Origin: an uncultured Planctomycetia bacterium
GTDB lineage: Bacteria; Omnitrophota; Gorgyraeia; 2-02-FULL-51-18
Assembly: GCA_964431835.1 (NCBI GenBank)
Contig: CAYSKO010000007.1
Coordinates: forward strand, 8,997-72,996
Direction of reading: 5' to 3'
Length of the DNA stretch: 64,000 nt
A program made the position numbers and the translations under genes. A model generated the notes under the pieces. That model made no database searches. It was not told the origin of the DNA and was given only the letters and a program-made list of their open reading frames with translations. Positions 49,023 to 59,503 of the stretch are shown one piece after another. Each line of letters starts with the position of its first letter. Position 1 is the first letter of the stretch.

Positions 49023-50420
49023 ATGAAACCGAAAGTTCTTTTTTGCGCGAGTGAAGTTGCGCCGTTCGCGAAGACCGGCGGGCTCGCCGATGTCGCCGGG
49101 TCCCTGCCACAGGCGCTGGGCAAGCTCGGCGTCGAAATGCTCGTGACCATGCCGCGCTACCGCGGTGTTCCCGAAGGGGAGCAAGCGATCGCCCCGGGCG
49201 TGCGTGTACGCTTCGTGGAGCACGAAGAATACTTCAACCGCTCGGCGCTCTACGGCAACGAGCTCGGCGACTACGCGGACAACCTCGAGCGCTTCGCGTT
49301 TTTCTGCAACCGCTCACTCGAAATCGCCAAGGAAACCGGTTTCCGCCCCGACGTCGTCCACGCGCACGACTGGCAGACCGCGCTCCTTCCCGTGTTCCTC
49401 AAGACGCGCTTGGCTCAGGATCCGTTCTTCGCCCGGACGAAAACGCTCTACACGATCCACAACCTGGCGTACCAGGGCGTGTTCGCCTCGAAACATTTTC
49501 CCGAGCTCGGCCTCGATCCGGCGCTCTTCAACATGGACGGCCTCGAGTTCTACGGCAAAATCAATCTCATGAAAGGTGGGCTTCTCTACGCGGACGCGGT
49601 CTCGACCGTGAGCCCAACGTACGCGCGCGAGATTCAGTCGAACGAGTTTGGCTGCGGCCTGGAAGGCGTGACCCGCCGCCGGGCGGAAGCCCTGCGGGGA
49701 ATTTTGAACGGCCTCGACTACGCGCACTGGGACCCGTCGGCCGACCCGGACATCGCCGAAGCCTACTCGGCCTCGAAACCGGCGGGGAAGACGGCCTGCA
49801 AGGCCGATCTCCAGCGCACGTGCGGCCTCGAAGAGAATCCGGCTGCGCCGGTGTTTGGCATCGTTTCGCGCCTCGCCGACCAAAAAGGTCTCGACCTTCT
49901 TTCGGACGTCTGCGATAAAATTTTGAAGGCGGGCGCGCAGTTCGTACTCCTGGGCGACGGCGACCCCGCGTACCGCACGACCTATAAAAACGTCGCCGCG
50001 CGGCACCCCCGGAAGGCGAGCGTCACTATTGGTTTCAGCGGCCCGCTGTCCCGCAAGATCTACGCGGGCTCGGACTTCTTCCTGATGCCCTCTTATTTCG
50101 AGCCCTGCGGCCTAGGGCAGCTGATCAGCCTGCGGTATGGCACTCTACCCATTGTTCGCGAAACAGGCGGCTTGGCGGACACTATCACCGACGCCGACAA
50201 GAACGACGAAACGGGCAACGGATTCTCTTTCAAAGAGCGCACACCCGACGCGCTCTGGAAGGCGTGCGAGCGCGCCCTCCGGTGCTGGGCCGATAAAAAG
50301 CGCATGGCGCTTCTGGTAAAGCGCGCGATGAAGGCCGATTTCTCGTGGAAGCGCTCGGCCGCGGAATACCGGGATTTTTATTCGTCGATGCTTGGCCGGC
50401 CGGCCGCGGAGGCCGCGTGA
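49023..50420 (+). CDS. glgA: Glycogen synthase (ADP-glucose type, GT5)
   Basis: N-terminal SEVAPFAKTGGLADV (KTGGL motif) and GT-B blocks. Confidence 0.9.
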   Translation: MKPKVLFCASEVAPFAKTGGLADVAGSLPQALGKLGVEMLVTMPRYRGVPEGEQAIAPGVRVRFVEHEEYFNRSALYGNELGDYADNLERFAFFCNRSLEIAKETGFRPDVVHAHDWQTALLPVFLKTRLAQDPFFARTKTLYTIHNLAYQGVFASKHFPELGLDPALFNMDGLEFYGKINLMKGGLLYADAVSTVSPTYAREIQSNEFGCGLEGVTRRRAEALRGILNGLDYAHWDPSADPDIAEAYSASKPAGKTACKADLQRTCGLEENPAAPVFGIVSRLADQKGLDLLSDVCDKILKAGAQFVLLGDGDPAYRTTYKNVAARHPRKASVTIGFSGPLSRKIYAGSDFFLMPSYFEPCGLGQLISLRYGTLPIVRETGGLADTITDADKNDETGNGFSFKERTPDALWKACERALRCWADKKRMALLVKRAMKADFSWKRSAAEYRDFYSSMLGRPAAEAA

Positions 50421-51022
50421 TCGTCGTCGGAGTCACAGGCTCGTTCGCATCGGGCAAAAGCGCGGCCACGACCCTCTTTAAAAAACAGGGCGCGGTGGTG
50501 TTCGACGCCGACGTCTCGGCACGGGGCGCTCTCGAGAAGGGTAAACCGGCCTACAGGGCCGTCGTGAAGCTCTTCGGCGGGAAGATCCTCGGCAAGAACG
50601 GGCAGATCGACCGCGCGGCCCTCGCCAAGCGCGTTTTCTCGAACCCGAAAGAGCTTAAAACGCTCGGCATCCTGGTTCATCCGGCCGTCATCATGGACGC
50701 GCTCGAAATCATGGACCGGACGAAGAAAAAGAAGGGTATACTCGTTCTCGACGTGCCCCTCCTTTTCGAATCGAAGATGGACAATCTCGCGGATTTCACG
50801 GTGCTCGTGAAAGCCCCGGCCAAAGCGACCCTCGCGCGCGCCTCGCAGCGCGGCGTGGACGCGGCCCTCGCGAAGAAGATCCTCGCGGCGCAGTGGCCGC
50901 CCGAGAAGAAGGCGAAGCTCGCGGATTACGTGATCGAGAACGCGAGCACCCTCGCGGACCTCGAGAAAAAAGTAAAAGAAACGGCCGCGAAAATCCGCGA
51001 AGCCGCCGCAAGTTTAGGTTAA
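50417..51022 (+). CDS. coaE: Dephospho-CoA kinase
   Basis: P-loop VGVTGSFASGKS and family length. GTGA overlap with glgA. Confidence 0.85.
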   Translation: MIVVGVTGSFASGKSAATTLFKKQGAVVFDADVSARGALEKGKPAYRAVVKLFGGKILGKNGQIDRAALAKRVFSNPKELKTLGILVHPAVIMDALEIMDRTKKKKGILVLDVPLLFESKMDNLADFTVLVKAPAKATLARASQRGVDAALAKKILAAQWPPEKKAKLADYVIENASTLADLEKKVKETAAKIREAAASLG

Positions 51023-51046
51023 CTAAAAAGGAGAGAAAGAAATAAG

Positions 51047-52309
51047 ATGGACATCGATCTGGCGAAACTCAAGAAAATGAAGATGCCCGAGCTGAACCAG
51101 CTGGCACACGAGATGAAGGTGGACGGCGTGAGCGGGCTGAAGAAGCAGGACCTCATCTTCAAGATCCTGCAGGCCCAGCCCCAGCAGTCGACGGGCGGCG
51201 TGATGACGGGCGAAGGCGTGCTCGAAATCCTGCAGGACGGCTTCGGCTTCCTGCGTTCGCCGAATTACAACTACCTCCCGTGCCCGGACGATATTTACGT
51301 CTCTCCGTCGCAGATCCGGAAGTTCAACCTGCGTACCGGCGACACGGTTTCCGGCCAGATCCGTCCCCCGAAAGAGGGAGAGCGCTACTTCGCGCTTCTC
51401 ATGGTGAACAAGGTCAATCTCGAGGAGCCTCACGAGGGCCGCGACAAGATTCTGTTCGACAACCTGACGCCTCTTTACCCGCACGAGAAGTGGAATCTGG
51501 AAGTCGCGCAGGCGGAAGTCTCGACGCGCATCCTGGACCTTCTCGCTCCGATCGGCAAGGGCCAGCGCGCGCTCATCGTGGCGCCGCCGTACAGCGGTAA
51601 AACCGTGCTCATGCAGAAGATCGCGAACGCGGTGACCTCGAACCATCCCGACGCCGTCCTCATCGTCCTCCTCATCGACGAACGTCCGGAAGAAGTCACG
51701 GACATGCAGAGGAACGTGAAGGGCGAGGTCGTCTCGTCCACGTTCGACGAACCGGCCGAGCGCCACGTGCAGGTCGCCGAAATGGTCATCGAGAAGGCCA
51801 AGCGCCTCGTCGAATCGAAGAAGGACGTCATCATCCTCCTCGACTCGATCACGCGTCTGGCGCGCGCCTACAACACGACCGTGCCCCACTCGGGCAAGAT
51901 CCTGTCGGGCGGCGTGGATTCGAACGCGCTCCATAAACCGAAGCGTTTCTTCGGCGCCGCGCGCGCGGTCGAAGAAGGCGGATCCCTCACGATCATCGCG
52001 ACCGCGCTCGTCGACACCGGCTCGCGCATGGACGAAGTCATCTTCGAAGAGTTCAAGGGCACGGGCAATTCGGAAGTCCAGCTCGACCGCAATCTCTTCC
52101 AGCGCCGCATCTATCCGGCCATCGACATCAAGAAGTCGAACACGCGCCGCGAGGAACTGCTGGTCGAGAAGGACGATTTGGCGAAGATCTGGATCCTCCG
52201 CAAAGTCCTGAACGAGCTGAATTCGTCCGAAGCGATGGAGCTCCTCATCGAAAAGGTGTCCAAGGCCAAAACGAATAAAGACTTCCTGAAAAGTATGAAT
52301 CGTGCTTAA
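51047..52309 (+). CDS. rho: Transcription termination factor Rho
   Basis: N-terminal RNA-binding domain ([14 protein letters not shown]) and the RecA-like ATPase (Walker A PPYSGKT). Confidence 0.95.
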   Translation: MDIDLAKLKKMKMPELNQLAHEMKVDGVSGLKKQDLIFKILQAQPQQSTGGVMTGEGVLEILQDGFGFLRSPNYNYLPCPDDIYVSPSQIRKFNLRTGDTVSGQIRPPKEGERYFALLMVNKVNLEEPHEGRDKILFDNLTPLYPHEKWNLEVAQAEVSTRILDLLAPIGKGQRALIVAPPYSGKTVLMQKIANAVTSNHPDAVLIVLLIDERPEEVTDMQRNVKGEVVSSTFDEPAERHVQVAEMVIEKAKRLVESKKDVIILLDSITRLARAYNTTVPHSGKILSGGVDSNALHKPKRFFGAARAVEEGGSLTIIATALVDTGSRMDEVIFEEFKGTGNSEVQLDRNLFQRRIYPAIDIKKSNTRREELLVEKDDLAKIWILRKVLNELNSSEAMELLIEKVSKAKTNKDFLKSMNRA

Positions 52310-52340
52310 ATAGGCGACCTAAAGGGAGAATCAAAGCGCC

Positions 52341-52544
52341 ATGAAAGAGAAGATCCACCCCAAGTACCATGAAACGACCATCACCTGCCTCTGCGGGAAC
52401 GTGATCCACACGCGCTCCACCAAGCAGAATATCCGCGTCGAAATCTGCGCAAGCTGCCACCCGTTCTTCACCGGCAAGCAGAAGTTCCTCGACACGGCCG
52501 GCCGCATCGAGAAGTTCGAGAAGCGGTACAAGAAGAAGGCTTAG
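52341..52544 (+). CDS. rpmE: 50S ribosomal protein L31 (zinc-ribbon type)
   Basis: MKEKIHPKY...CxxC...CxxCHPFFTG, family signature. Confidence 0.9.
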   Translation: MKEKIHPKYHETTITCLCGNVIHTRSTKQNIRVEICASCHPFFTGKQKFLDTAGRIEKFEKRYKKKA

Positions 52545-52554
52545 GTCACTTTAA

Positions 52555-52622
52555 CCGGACTCCGTCCGAGGGCGAGCGCCGCAACCCGGCGCAGACCTGA
52601 ACGCGGGGTCCGGTTTTTTATT
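52555..52622 (+). terminator. Rho-independent terminator after rpmE (10-bp outer stem with an internal GCGCCG/CGGCGC sub-stem, then TTTTTTATTT)
   Basis: Read directly. Confidence 0.5.
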
Positions 52623-52633
52623 TCCCCGCCCCC

Positions 52634-53692
52634 ATGCGATTCCTGAGGAAAGCCGAAGAGAAAGAGAAACGCTACGAAGAGGTGAAGAGCCTCCTCGAGG
52701 ACCCCGCCATCGGCGGCGACCCGACGAAAGTCCGCGACCTCGGCAAGGAATACCGGCAGCTCCAGAAGATCCACGAGCTCTATTCCGAGCACAAGAAACT
52801 CGAAGCGGAAACCGAAGGCGCCCGCAAAATGGCCGGCGATAAATCCCATCCCGAAATGATGGAGCTCGCCCAAGGGGAGCTCACCGAGCTCGAAGCGCAG
52901 ACCAAGAAAACCGTGAAGGATCTGGAAGCACTGCTCGTTCAGGACGACCCGGTGCTTCTCCGGAACGTCCTCCTCGAAATCCGCGCGGGAACTGGCGGGC
53001 TTGAAGCCGCGAGTTTCGCGGGCGAGGTGTTCCGCATGTACTCGCGCTTCTCCCAGAAGAACGGTTTCAAGGTGGAGGTCCTTTCCTCTTCCCCCGGAGA
53101 CGCTGGCGGCTTCAAGGAAATCATCGCGAACGTGATTGGCGAAGGCGCGTACGGCCGCTTCAAGTTCGAAAGCGGCACGCACCGCGTCCAGCGCGTCCCG
53201 GCCACCGAGGCTCAAGGGAGAATCCACACGTCGGCCATCACCGTCGCGGTCCTTCCCGAAGCCGAGGAGGTCGACGTGGAAATCAGGACCGAGGATTTAA
53301 AAATCGACGTTTTCCGCTCGGGCGGCCCCGGCGGGCAGTCGGTGAATACCACCGACTCGGCCGTCCGCATCACGCATCTGCCGTCCGGCCTCGTCGTCTC
53401 GTGCCAGGACGAAAAGTCCCAGCTTAAAAACAAACAGAAGGGCCTGAAGGTCCTGCGCGCGCGCCTTTTCGACAAGATCACGAGCGAGCGGAACGCCGAA
53501 ATCGCCAAGCAGCGCAAACAGCAGGTCGGCTCGGGCGACCGCTCCGAAAAAATTCGCACCTACAACTTTCCCGATCGCCGCGTGACCGACCACCGCGTGG
53601 GTCTTACGCAGTACAATCTCGAAGCCGTCATGCAGGGCGAGATCGAGCCGTTCATCGAAGCGCTCTACGAAGACGAATTCGAGAAGTCTTGA
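52634..53692 (+). CDS. prfA: Peptide chain release factor 1
   Basis: GGQ motif (SGGPGGQSVNTTDSAVR) and the PxT-type decoding region. Confidence 0.95.
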   Translation: MRFLRKAEEKEKRYEEVKSLLEDPAIGGDPTKVRDLGKEYRQLQKIHELYSEHKKLEAETEGARKMAGDKSHPEMMELAQGELTELEAQTKKTVKDLEALLVQDDPVLLRNVLLEIRAGTGGLEAASFAGEVFRMYSRFSQKNGFKVEVLSSSPGDAGGFKEIIANVIGEGAYGRFKFESGTHRVQRVPATEAQGRIHTSAITVAVLPEAEEVDVEIRTEDLKIDVFRSGGPGGQSVNTTDSAVRITHLPSGLVVSCQDEKSQLKNKQKGLKVLRARLFDKITSERNAEIAKQRKQQVGSGDRSEKIRTYNFPDRRVTDHRVGLTQYNLEAVMQGEIEPFIEALYEDEFEKS

Positions 53693-54564
53693 GCGAAGCG
53701 GCCCGGGAGAATCTCGCGCTCCTTAAAAATGTAGAGAAAGCGCTCGCAAAGGGCCGCGTGGTTTCCGCGGCGGCGGAGGCCGAGATCCTCGTGCGGCATT
53801 ACGCGAAGCTCGGAAGGGTCGATTTCTTCGCGGGGAGCCGGAACGTGCCGCCTGCGGCCCGGAAAAAAATCGAGAAGGCCGTCGCGAAGCGCGTGAAGGG
53901 GATTCCGCTCGGGCAAATCCTGGGGGAAGCCGATTTTTACGGCCGGACGTTCGCCGTCGACCGGCATGTTCTCGTCCCGCGGCCCGAAACCGAGGTCCTC
54001 GTCGAGGAGACCTTGAAGGCGCTCACGGAAACGGGCCTCCGGGCCCCGGAAACGCTCGATTTATGCACGGGCTCGGGGTGCATCGCCGTTTCGTTGACTT
54101 TGGAGCGTCCCGATTGTAAAATGACCGCTCTCGACGTCTCTCCCAAGGCGCTTCGCATCGCCCGTAAGAACGTGGAGAAACACGGGTTACGGAAAAAGGT
54201 CCGGTTCTTGAAGGGGGACCTTTTCGAAGCGTTCGGCAAGGGAAAGAAAGCTTTTTGGGACGTCATCGTCTCGAATCCGCCTTACATCCCCCGAAACGAG
54301 CTCAAGAAACTGCCGCGCGAAGTGCGCCGCGAACCGCGCGTCGCGCTGGACGGCGGCGAAGCCGGACTCAACGTGATCCGGAAAATTTTGGACGAAGCGC
54401 CGCGTTATCTCAAGGCTCCTGGGCGGCTTCTCCTCGAGATCGGCAAGGGCCAGTCGCGCGCTCTCGCGAAAGATCTCGCGCGGCGGCCGGAATATTCGGA
54501 TTGGAAGTTCGTCAAAGACCACACGGGCATCGAGCGCATTCTGACGGTGAGAGTAAATGGATAA
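53689..54564 (+). CDS. prmC: Release factor glutamine N5-methyltransferase PrmC (HemK)
   Basis: SAM-binding LDLCTGSG and the NPPY motif (IVSNPPYI). ATGA overlap with prfA. Confidence 0.9.
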   Translation: MSEAARENLALLKNVEKALAKGRVVSAAAEAEILVRHYAKLGRVDFFAGSRNVPPAARKKIEKAVAKRVKGIPLGQILGEADFYGRTFAVDRHVLVPRPETEVLVEETLKALTETGLRAPETLDLCTGSGCIAVSLTLERPDCKMTALDVSPKALRIARKNVEKHGLRKKVRFLKGDLFEAFGKGKKAFWDVIVSNPPYIPRNELKKLPREVRREPRVALDGGEAGLNVIRKILDEAPRYLKAPGRLLLEIGKGQSRALAKDLARRPEYSDWKFVKDHTGIERILTVRVNG

Positions 54565-55828
54565 ATTGGTCATCGAGGGCGGCAAACGCCTCGAGGGAAC
54601 GGTGAGCGTGAGCGGCGCGAAGAACGCGTCGCTTCCGATCCTCGCCGCCACCGTCCTCACGAAGGAAAAATCCGTCGTGAAGAACGTGCCCGAAGTCGCG
54701 GACATCTTCACGATGGTGAAGATCCTGAAAACGATGGGCGCGAAGGTTTCGTTCGAGAAGAACGTGGTCCAGGTCGATCCGTCGGGCATCAAGAATCCGG
54801 TGCTGACGTACAAGATCGTCTCCACGATGCGCGGCTCGATCTGCTTCCTTGGGCCGCTCCTGGCGCGCTTCAACGAAGCCACCGTGTCTTTCCCGGGCGG
54901 CTGCGTCATCGGCCCACGCCCGATCGATCTCCACATCAAGGGCGTGCGCGCGCTCGGCGCGGAAGTGACGCTCGAAAAAGGTTACGTCACCGCGAAAGCG
55001 AAGAACGGTCTCAAGGGCGCACGGATCTTCCTCGGCGGCGCCTTCGGTTCGTCGGTGCTCGGCACGGGCAACGTCATGATGGCGGCCACGACGGCGAAGG
55101 GAAAGACCGTCATCGACAACGCGGCCTGCGAGCCGGAAGTCGTGGATCTCGGCAATTTTTTGAAGAAGATGGGCGCGAAGATCGAGGGGCTCGGCTCGCC
55201 CTCCATCGAAGTGGAAGGCGTGAAGAGCCTTAAGGGCGCCGTCCACTCCGTCATTTCGGACCGCATTGAAGCCGGCACGTACATGATCGGCTCGGCGATG
55301 ACGAAGGGCGACGTGACGCTCACCAATTTCGATCTTTCGATGATGGGCGCCATGCTCGACAAGCTCCGCGAAGCCGGCGTGAACGTAACCGAGAAAAACG
55401 GCCACGTGCGCGTGCGCCGCGAGCGCATCCTCCGGCCCGTGTCGGTGACGACGCTCCCGTATCCCGGCTACCCGACGGATCTCCAGGCGCAGATGATGGC
55501 GCTCATGTGCGTGGTGCCCGGCATCAGCGTGATCACCGAAAAAATTTACCCCGAGCGCTTCATGCACGTCGCCGAACTCAACCGCATGGGCGCGTCCATC
55601 ATGCTCGAGGGCCCGTCGGCGATCGTTAGCGGCAAGAAGAAGCTTTCGGGCGCGCCGGTCATGGCGTCCGATCTTCGCGCGTCGGCCGCGCTCGTCCTCG
55701 CCGGCCTCGTGGCCGAAGGGGAAACCGAAGTGCGTCGCATTTATCACCTCGACCGCGGTTACGAGCGGCTCGTGGACAAGCTGGGCTCGCTCGGCGCCAA
55801 AGTGCGCCGCGAGAAAGATTACAACTAG
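54557..55828 (+). CDS. murA: UDP-N-acetylglucosamine 1-carboxyvinyltransferase MurA
   Basis: MDKLVIEGG...VSGAKNA N-terminus, the catalytic Cys loop and a 423-aa length. Confidence 0.95.
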   Translation: MDKLVIEGGKRLEGTVSVSGAKNASLPILAATVLTKEKSVVKNVPEVADIFTMVKILKTMGAKVSFEKNVVQVDPSGIKNPVLTYKIVSTMRGSICFLGPLLARFNEATVSFPGGCVIGPRPIDLHIKGVRALGAEVTLEKGYVTAKAKNGLKGARIFLGGAFGSSVLGTGNVMMAATTAKGKTVIDNAACEPEVVDLGNFLKKMGAKIEGLGSPSIEVEGVKSLKGAVHSVISDRIEAGTYMIGSAMTKGDVTLTNFDLSMMGAMLDKLREAGVNVTEKNGHVRVRRERILRPVSVTTLPYPGYPTDLQAQMMALMCVVPGISVITEKIYPERFMHVAELNRMGASIMLEGPSAIVSGKKKLSGAPVMASDLRASAALVLAGLVAEGETEVRRIYHLDRGYERLVDKLGSLGAKVRREKDYN

Positions 55829-55858
55829 AACCGAACAATCCCGGAAGGGGGTGAATGT

Positions 55859-56110
55859 ATGGCAGTCGTTATTCGTCTGAAATCGACCGGCACCAAGAAG
55901 AAGATCAAGCACCGCGTCGTCGTCACGGACTCGAAGTTCCCGCGCGACGGGCGTTTCCTCGAAGAAGTGGGTTATTGGGACCCTTCGAAGGAGCCCGCGG
56001 AAATGAAGATCAAGACGGACCGCGTGGAGTTTTGGATTTCCAAGGGCGCGAAGCCTTCGGACACCGTCCGCTCGATCCTCAAGAAGGTCGGAGTGAAGTA
56101 CGGTCAGTAA
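55859..56110 (+). CDS. rpsP: 30S ribosomal protein S16
   Basis: MAVVIRLKSTGTKKK...DGRFLEEVGYWDP family signature. Confidence 0.9.
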   Translation: MAVVIRLKSTGTKKKIKHRVVVTDSKFPRDGRFLEEVGYWDPSKEPAEMKIKTDRVEFWISKGAKPSDTVRSILKKVGVKYGQ

Positions 56111-56128
56111 GGACAGGAAAGAAAAGCC

Positions 56129-56911
56129 GTGAAGGTCGTCGTCCTCACGCTCTTTCCCGGCATGTTCGAGTCGTTTCTTTCGCACTCGATCATGAAACGG
56201 GCTTTGGCGGCGGGCACGGTCAGCGTAAACGCGGTCGATATCCGCGATTACGCCCACGACAAGCACCGGACGGTGGATGACCGTCCGTTCGGCGGCGGCC
56301 CGGGCATGCTGATGAAGCCCGAGCCGATCTTCGAAGCGGTCGATGCGCTCTTCGGAAAGCGTCCCAAGAAGAAAGGGCGCCGGTTCGTTTACATGAGCCC
56401 ACAGGGGAAACGGCTGGATCATGCGACGGCGGCCGGCCTGGCGAAGGCGGACGAACTGGTGGTGCTCTGCGGCCACTACGAGGGCGTGGACGAACGCGTG
56501 GTCGAGGCGTTCGTCACCGACGAAGTCTCCATCGGCGACTACGTCCTGACCGGCGGGGAACTGCCGGCCATGGTTTTGATCGACACGGTCACCCGGCTGA
56601 TCCCAGGGGTGCTCGGCAGGGAGGAATCGAAGGAATTTGAATCTTTTTGCGGGAATCTGCTAGAATACCCGCAATATACGAGGCCCGCCGTTTATCGCGG
56701 CAAGCAGGTCCCCCCGGTGCTCCTCTCGGGAAACCACAAGGCGATCGAGGGTTGGAGGAAGGAAGAGGCGCTCAAGCGTACGCGCGAGAGAAGGCCGGAT
56801 CTCCTTCACGGGGAAGAAGTTACGGTTAGTTCCAAGAAGGTAAAAGGAGAAGGTCATGCATCCGCTGTTGAAGGCGCTCGAAGCCGAGCAAATCAAAAAA
56901 GACATCCCTAA
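56129..56911 (+). CDS. trmD: tRNA (guanine37-N1)-methyltransferase TrmD (with a roughly 20-aa C-terminal extension overlapping rplS)
   Basis: SPOUT-knot blocks ([36 protein letters not shown]). Confidence 0.9.
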   Translation: MKVVVLTLFPGMFESFLSHSIMKRALAAGTVSVNAVDIRDYAHDKHRTVDDRPFGGGPGMLMKPEPIFEAVDALFGKRPKKKGRRFVYMSPQGKRLDHATAAGLAKADELVVLCGHYEGVDERVVEAFVTDEVSIGDYVLTGGELPAMVLIDTVTRLIPGVLGREESKEFESFCGNLLEYPQYTRPAVYRGKQVPPVLLSGNHKAIEGWRKEEALKRTRERRPDLLHGEEVTVSSKKVKGEGHASAVEGARSRANQKRHP

Positions 56912-57236
56912 GTTCCGCGTGGGCGACACGATCAAGGTGTCGGTGAAGGTCGAAGAAGGCGATAAGACCCGCACACAGACCTTCGAAGGCACTGTCATGA
57001 AGAGGCAGGGTTCGGGTATCCGTGAAAGTTTCACGGTGCGCCGCACTTCTTTCGGCGAGGGCGTCGAGAGGGGTTTCCCGGTCCATAGCCCGAACGTGCA
57101 GAAGATCGAGCTCGTCCGCTCCGGCAAAGTGCGCCGCGCGAAGCTGTATTATCTCAGAGATCAGAAGGGTAAGAGAGGCAAGATTGAGGAAGAGCGCAGG
57201 CGCGAAGAGGCGGTTCCGACTCCTCCTTCGGCATGA
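56856..57236 (+). CDS. rplS: 50S ribosomal protein L19
   Basis: FRVGDTIKV...ESFTVRR family signature. SD AAAGGAGAAGG. Confidence 0.9.
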   Translation: MHPLLKALEAEQIKKDIPKFRVGDTIKVSVKVEEGDKTRTQTFEGTVMKRQGSGIRESFTVRRTSFGEGVERGFPVHSPNVQKIELVRSGKVRRAKLYYLRDQKGKRGKIEEERRREEAVPTPPSA

Positions 57237-57888
57237 CGCGGATTTCCTGAACCGGGGTTTCCTGTCCCTGGCGGGCGTAGACGAGGTCGGTAGGGGTCCC
57301 CTTGCGGGACCGGTAGTGGCCTCGGCTGTGATCGTCAGGGACGCTTCATTTTCGTGCGCCATCGACGACTCCAAAAAGTTGTCGCCCGCATCCCGGGAAG
57401 TGGCGTACAGGGAAATCCTTCAGAAAGCCCACGTCGCCGTAAGCGTGAAGGATCATACGGTGGTCGACGAGCTCAATATCTTTTGGGCGTCGATGGCCGC
57501 GATGAAGGACGCCGTGCGCCGCTTGCCTTCCACCCCCGATTACGTGATCGTGGACGGCAACCACGTCCCCGATTTCGAGCAAGACAAAGACGTCCGCCGC
57601 GCCGCCCTCGTGAAGGGCGACTCCAAATCCCTCGCGATCGCCTGCGCCTCCATCGTCGCGAAAGTGACCCGCGACCGCATCATGGAAGAGTACGACAAAG
57701 TTTATCCCCAGTACGGCTTCAAATCCCACAAAGGCTACTGCACGCGCGAGCACGTCACCGCACTCCTCGCGCATGGCCCGACCCCGATCCACCGCCGCAG
57801 CTTCGAACCCGTGAAATCCCTCGTCGAAGGCCGCTCCCCGGGCCTCCGAATGAAAGATTGCCAGCCCCGCGGCTCCAATTTAGAATAG
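57184..57888 (+). CDS. rnhB: Ribonuclease HII
   Basis: [16 protein letters not shown] motif and the DDSK and DGN catalytic residues. The start is uncertain (TTG 57184 after the SD-like GAGAGG); it overlaps the rplS 3' end. Confidence 0.75.
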   Translation: MRKSAGAKRRFRLLLRHDADFLNRGFLSLAGVDEVGRGPLAGPVVASAVIVRDASFSCAIDDSKKLSPASREVAYREILQKAHVAVSVKDHTVVDELNIFWASMAAMKDAVRRLPSTPDYVIVDGNHVPDFEQDKDVRRAALVKGDSKSLAIACASIVAKVTRDRIMEEYDKVYPQYGFKSHKGYCTREHVTALLAHGPTPIHRRSFEPVKSLVEGRSPGLRMKDCQPRGSNLE

Positions 57889-57894
57889 ACCTCC

Positions 57895-59433
57895 ATGGAA
57901 ACCCTTTTAATCATCGACTTCGGTTCCCAGTACAACCAGCTCATCGCCCGCCGGGTGCGCGAGTCGAAGGTGTACTGCGAGATCGTTCCGCCCACGATCA
58001 CCGCCGACCAGATCCGCGCCAAAGGGAACGTAAAGGGGATCATCCTTTCCGGCGGCCCGGCGAGCGTGTACTTAAAGAACGCGCCTCAGCTCGACGCGGG
58101 CTATCTCGAGCTCGGCCTTCCGATCTTCGGCATTTGCTACGGCATGCAGGCCCTTTCGCATCTTTTGGGTGGCAAGGTCTGCCGCGCGGAAGAGAAAGAA
58201 TTCGGCCGCGCCGATCTTTTCGTGAAAAGCTCCGGCGGCTCGCTCTTTAAGGGCGTCCCCCGGAAGTCTATTTCCTGGATGAGCCACGGCGATTACGTTT
58301 CGATCATGCCGAAAGGCTTCCAGACCACTGCCTTTACGAAGAACACCAAAGTCGCCGCATTCGAGAACGACGCGAAGAAGATCTACGGCGTCCAGTTCCA
58401 CCCCGAGGTCGCGCACTCCGAGCACGGTAAGAAGGTGATCGAGAACTTCATTAAGGTCTGCGGTTTCAAGAAGTCGTGGACGATGGAGAACTTCATCAAG
58501 GAGAAGACCCGCGAGATCAAGGAGAAGGTCGGGACCGACCACGTGATCCTCGGCCTCTCGGGCGGCGTGGATAGCTCCGTCGCCGCCGCGCTCATGGCGA
58601 AGGCGCTCGGGAAGCAGCTCACCTGCATTTTCGTGAACAACGGCCTGCTAAGGAAGAACGAGGTCGAGTACGTCCGCCAGGCATTCGCCGGCAAATTCAA
58701 TTTCAATCTCGACATCGTGGACGCCGAGAAGCATTTCCTCACCGCGCTGAAAGGCGTCACGGACCCGGAGAAGAAACGCAAGGTCATCGGCCACGAGTTC
58801 ATCTACGCCTTCGACCGCGAAGCGAAGAAAATCAAGAACGCGAAGTGGCTCGGGCAGGGGACGCTGTACCCCGACGTGATCGAGAGTAAGTCCGCCTTCG
58901 GCGGCCCCACCGCCGTCATCAAGAGCCACCACAACGTGGGCGGCCTCCCTGAGAAGATGAAGCTCAAGCTCATCGAGCCCCTCCGCGAGCTTTTCAAAGA
59001 CGAGGTCCGCGAGCTCGGGAAATCGCTCGGCCTCCCGAAAGAGCTCGTATGGCGCCACCCGTTCCCGGGCCCCGGCCTGGCCGTGCGCGTCTTGGGAGAA
59101 GTCACGAAGGAACGCTGCGACATTTTAAGGGAAGCCGACCACCGCTTCCTGGAAGAACTCCACAAGAGCGGCCTCTACACGAAGATCTGGCAAGCCTTCG
59201 CCGTCCTCCTCCCGGTCCGCTCCGTGGGCGTCATGGGCGACGAACGCACCTACGACAACGTCGTCGCCCTCCGCGCCGTCACCAGCGTCGACGGCATGAC
59301 CGCGGACTGGTTCGATATGCCGAAGGAAGTTTTGGGAAAAGTTTCTAACAGAATCATTAACGAAGTCAAAGGCGTGAACCGCGTCTGCTACGACGTGTCT
59401 AGTAAACCCCCGGCGACTATTGAATGGGAATGA
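57895..59433 (+). CDS. guaA: GMP synthase (glutamine-hydrolysing)
   Basis: GATase catalytic Cys (GICYGMQ) and the PP-loop SGGVDSSV. 512 aa. Confidence 0.95.
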   Translation: METLLIIDFGSQYNQLIARRVRESKVYCEIVPPTITADQIRAKGNVKGIILSGGPASVYLKNAPQLDAGYLELGLPIFGICYGMQALSHLLGGKVCRAEEKEFGRADLFVKSSGGSLFKGVPRKSISWMSHGDYVSIMPKGFQTTAFTKNTKVAAFENDAKKIYGVQFHPEVAHSEHGKKVIENFIKVCGFKKSWTMENFIKEKTREIKEKVGTDHVILGLSGGVDSSVAAALMAKALGKQLTCIFVNNGLLRKNEVEYVRQAFAGKFNFNLDIVDAEKHFLTALKGVTDPEKKRKVIGHEFIYAFDREAKKIKNAKWLGQGTLYPDVIESKSAFGGPTAVIKSHHNVGGLPEKMKLKLIEPLRELFKDEVRELGKSLGLPKELVWRHPFPGPGLAVRVLGEVTKERCDILREADHRFLEELHKSGLYTKIWQAFAVLLPVRSVGVMGDERTYDNVVALRAVTSVDGMTADWFDMPKEVLGKVSNRIINEVKGVNRVCYDVSSKPPATIEWE

Positions 59434-59475
59434 GAAGGTAAGCATGAACCGCTTAACCGATAGGGTACGACATGG

Positions 59476-59503
59476 AGCTCAGCATCAGCTGAGTATTTTT
59501 TTT
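59476..59503 (+). terminator. Short hairpin (AGCTCAGC-atca-GCTGAGT) plus T9 run directly after guaA; the likely guaA terminator and the left border of the low-GC islet
   Basis: Read directly. Confidence 0.45.

Noticed and set aside
57022-57183. Upstream extension of the rnhB frame to ATG 57022
   Set aside because: It would overlap two thirds of rplS. The conserved RNase HII core begins about 25 codons after 57184, so the shorter start was chosen, flagged as uncertain.
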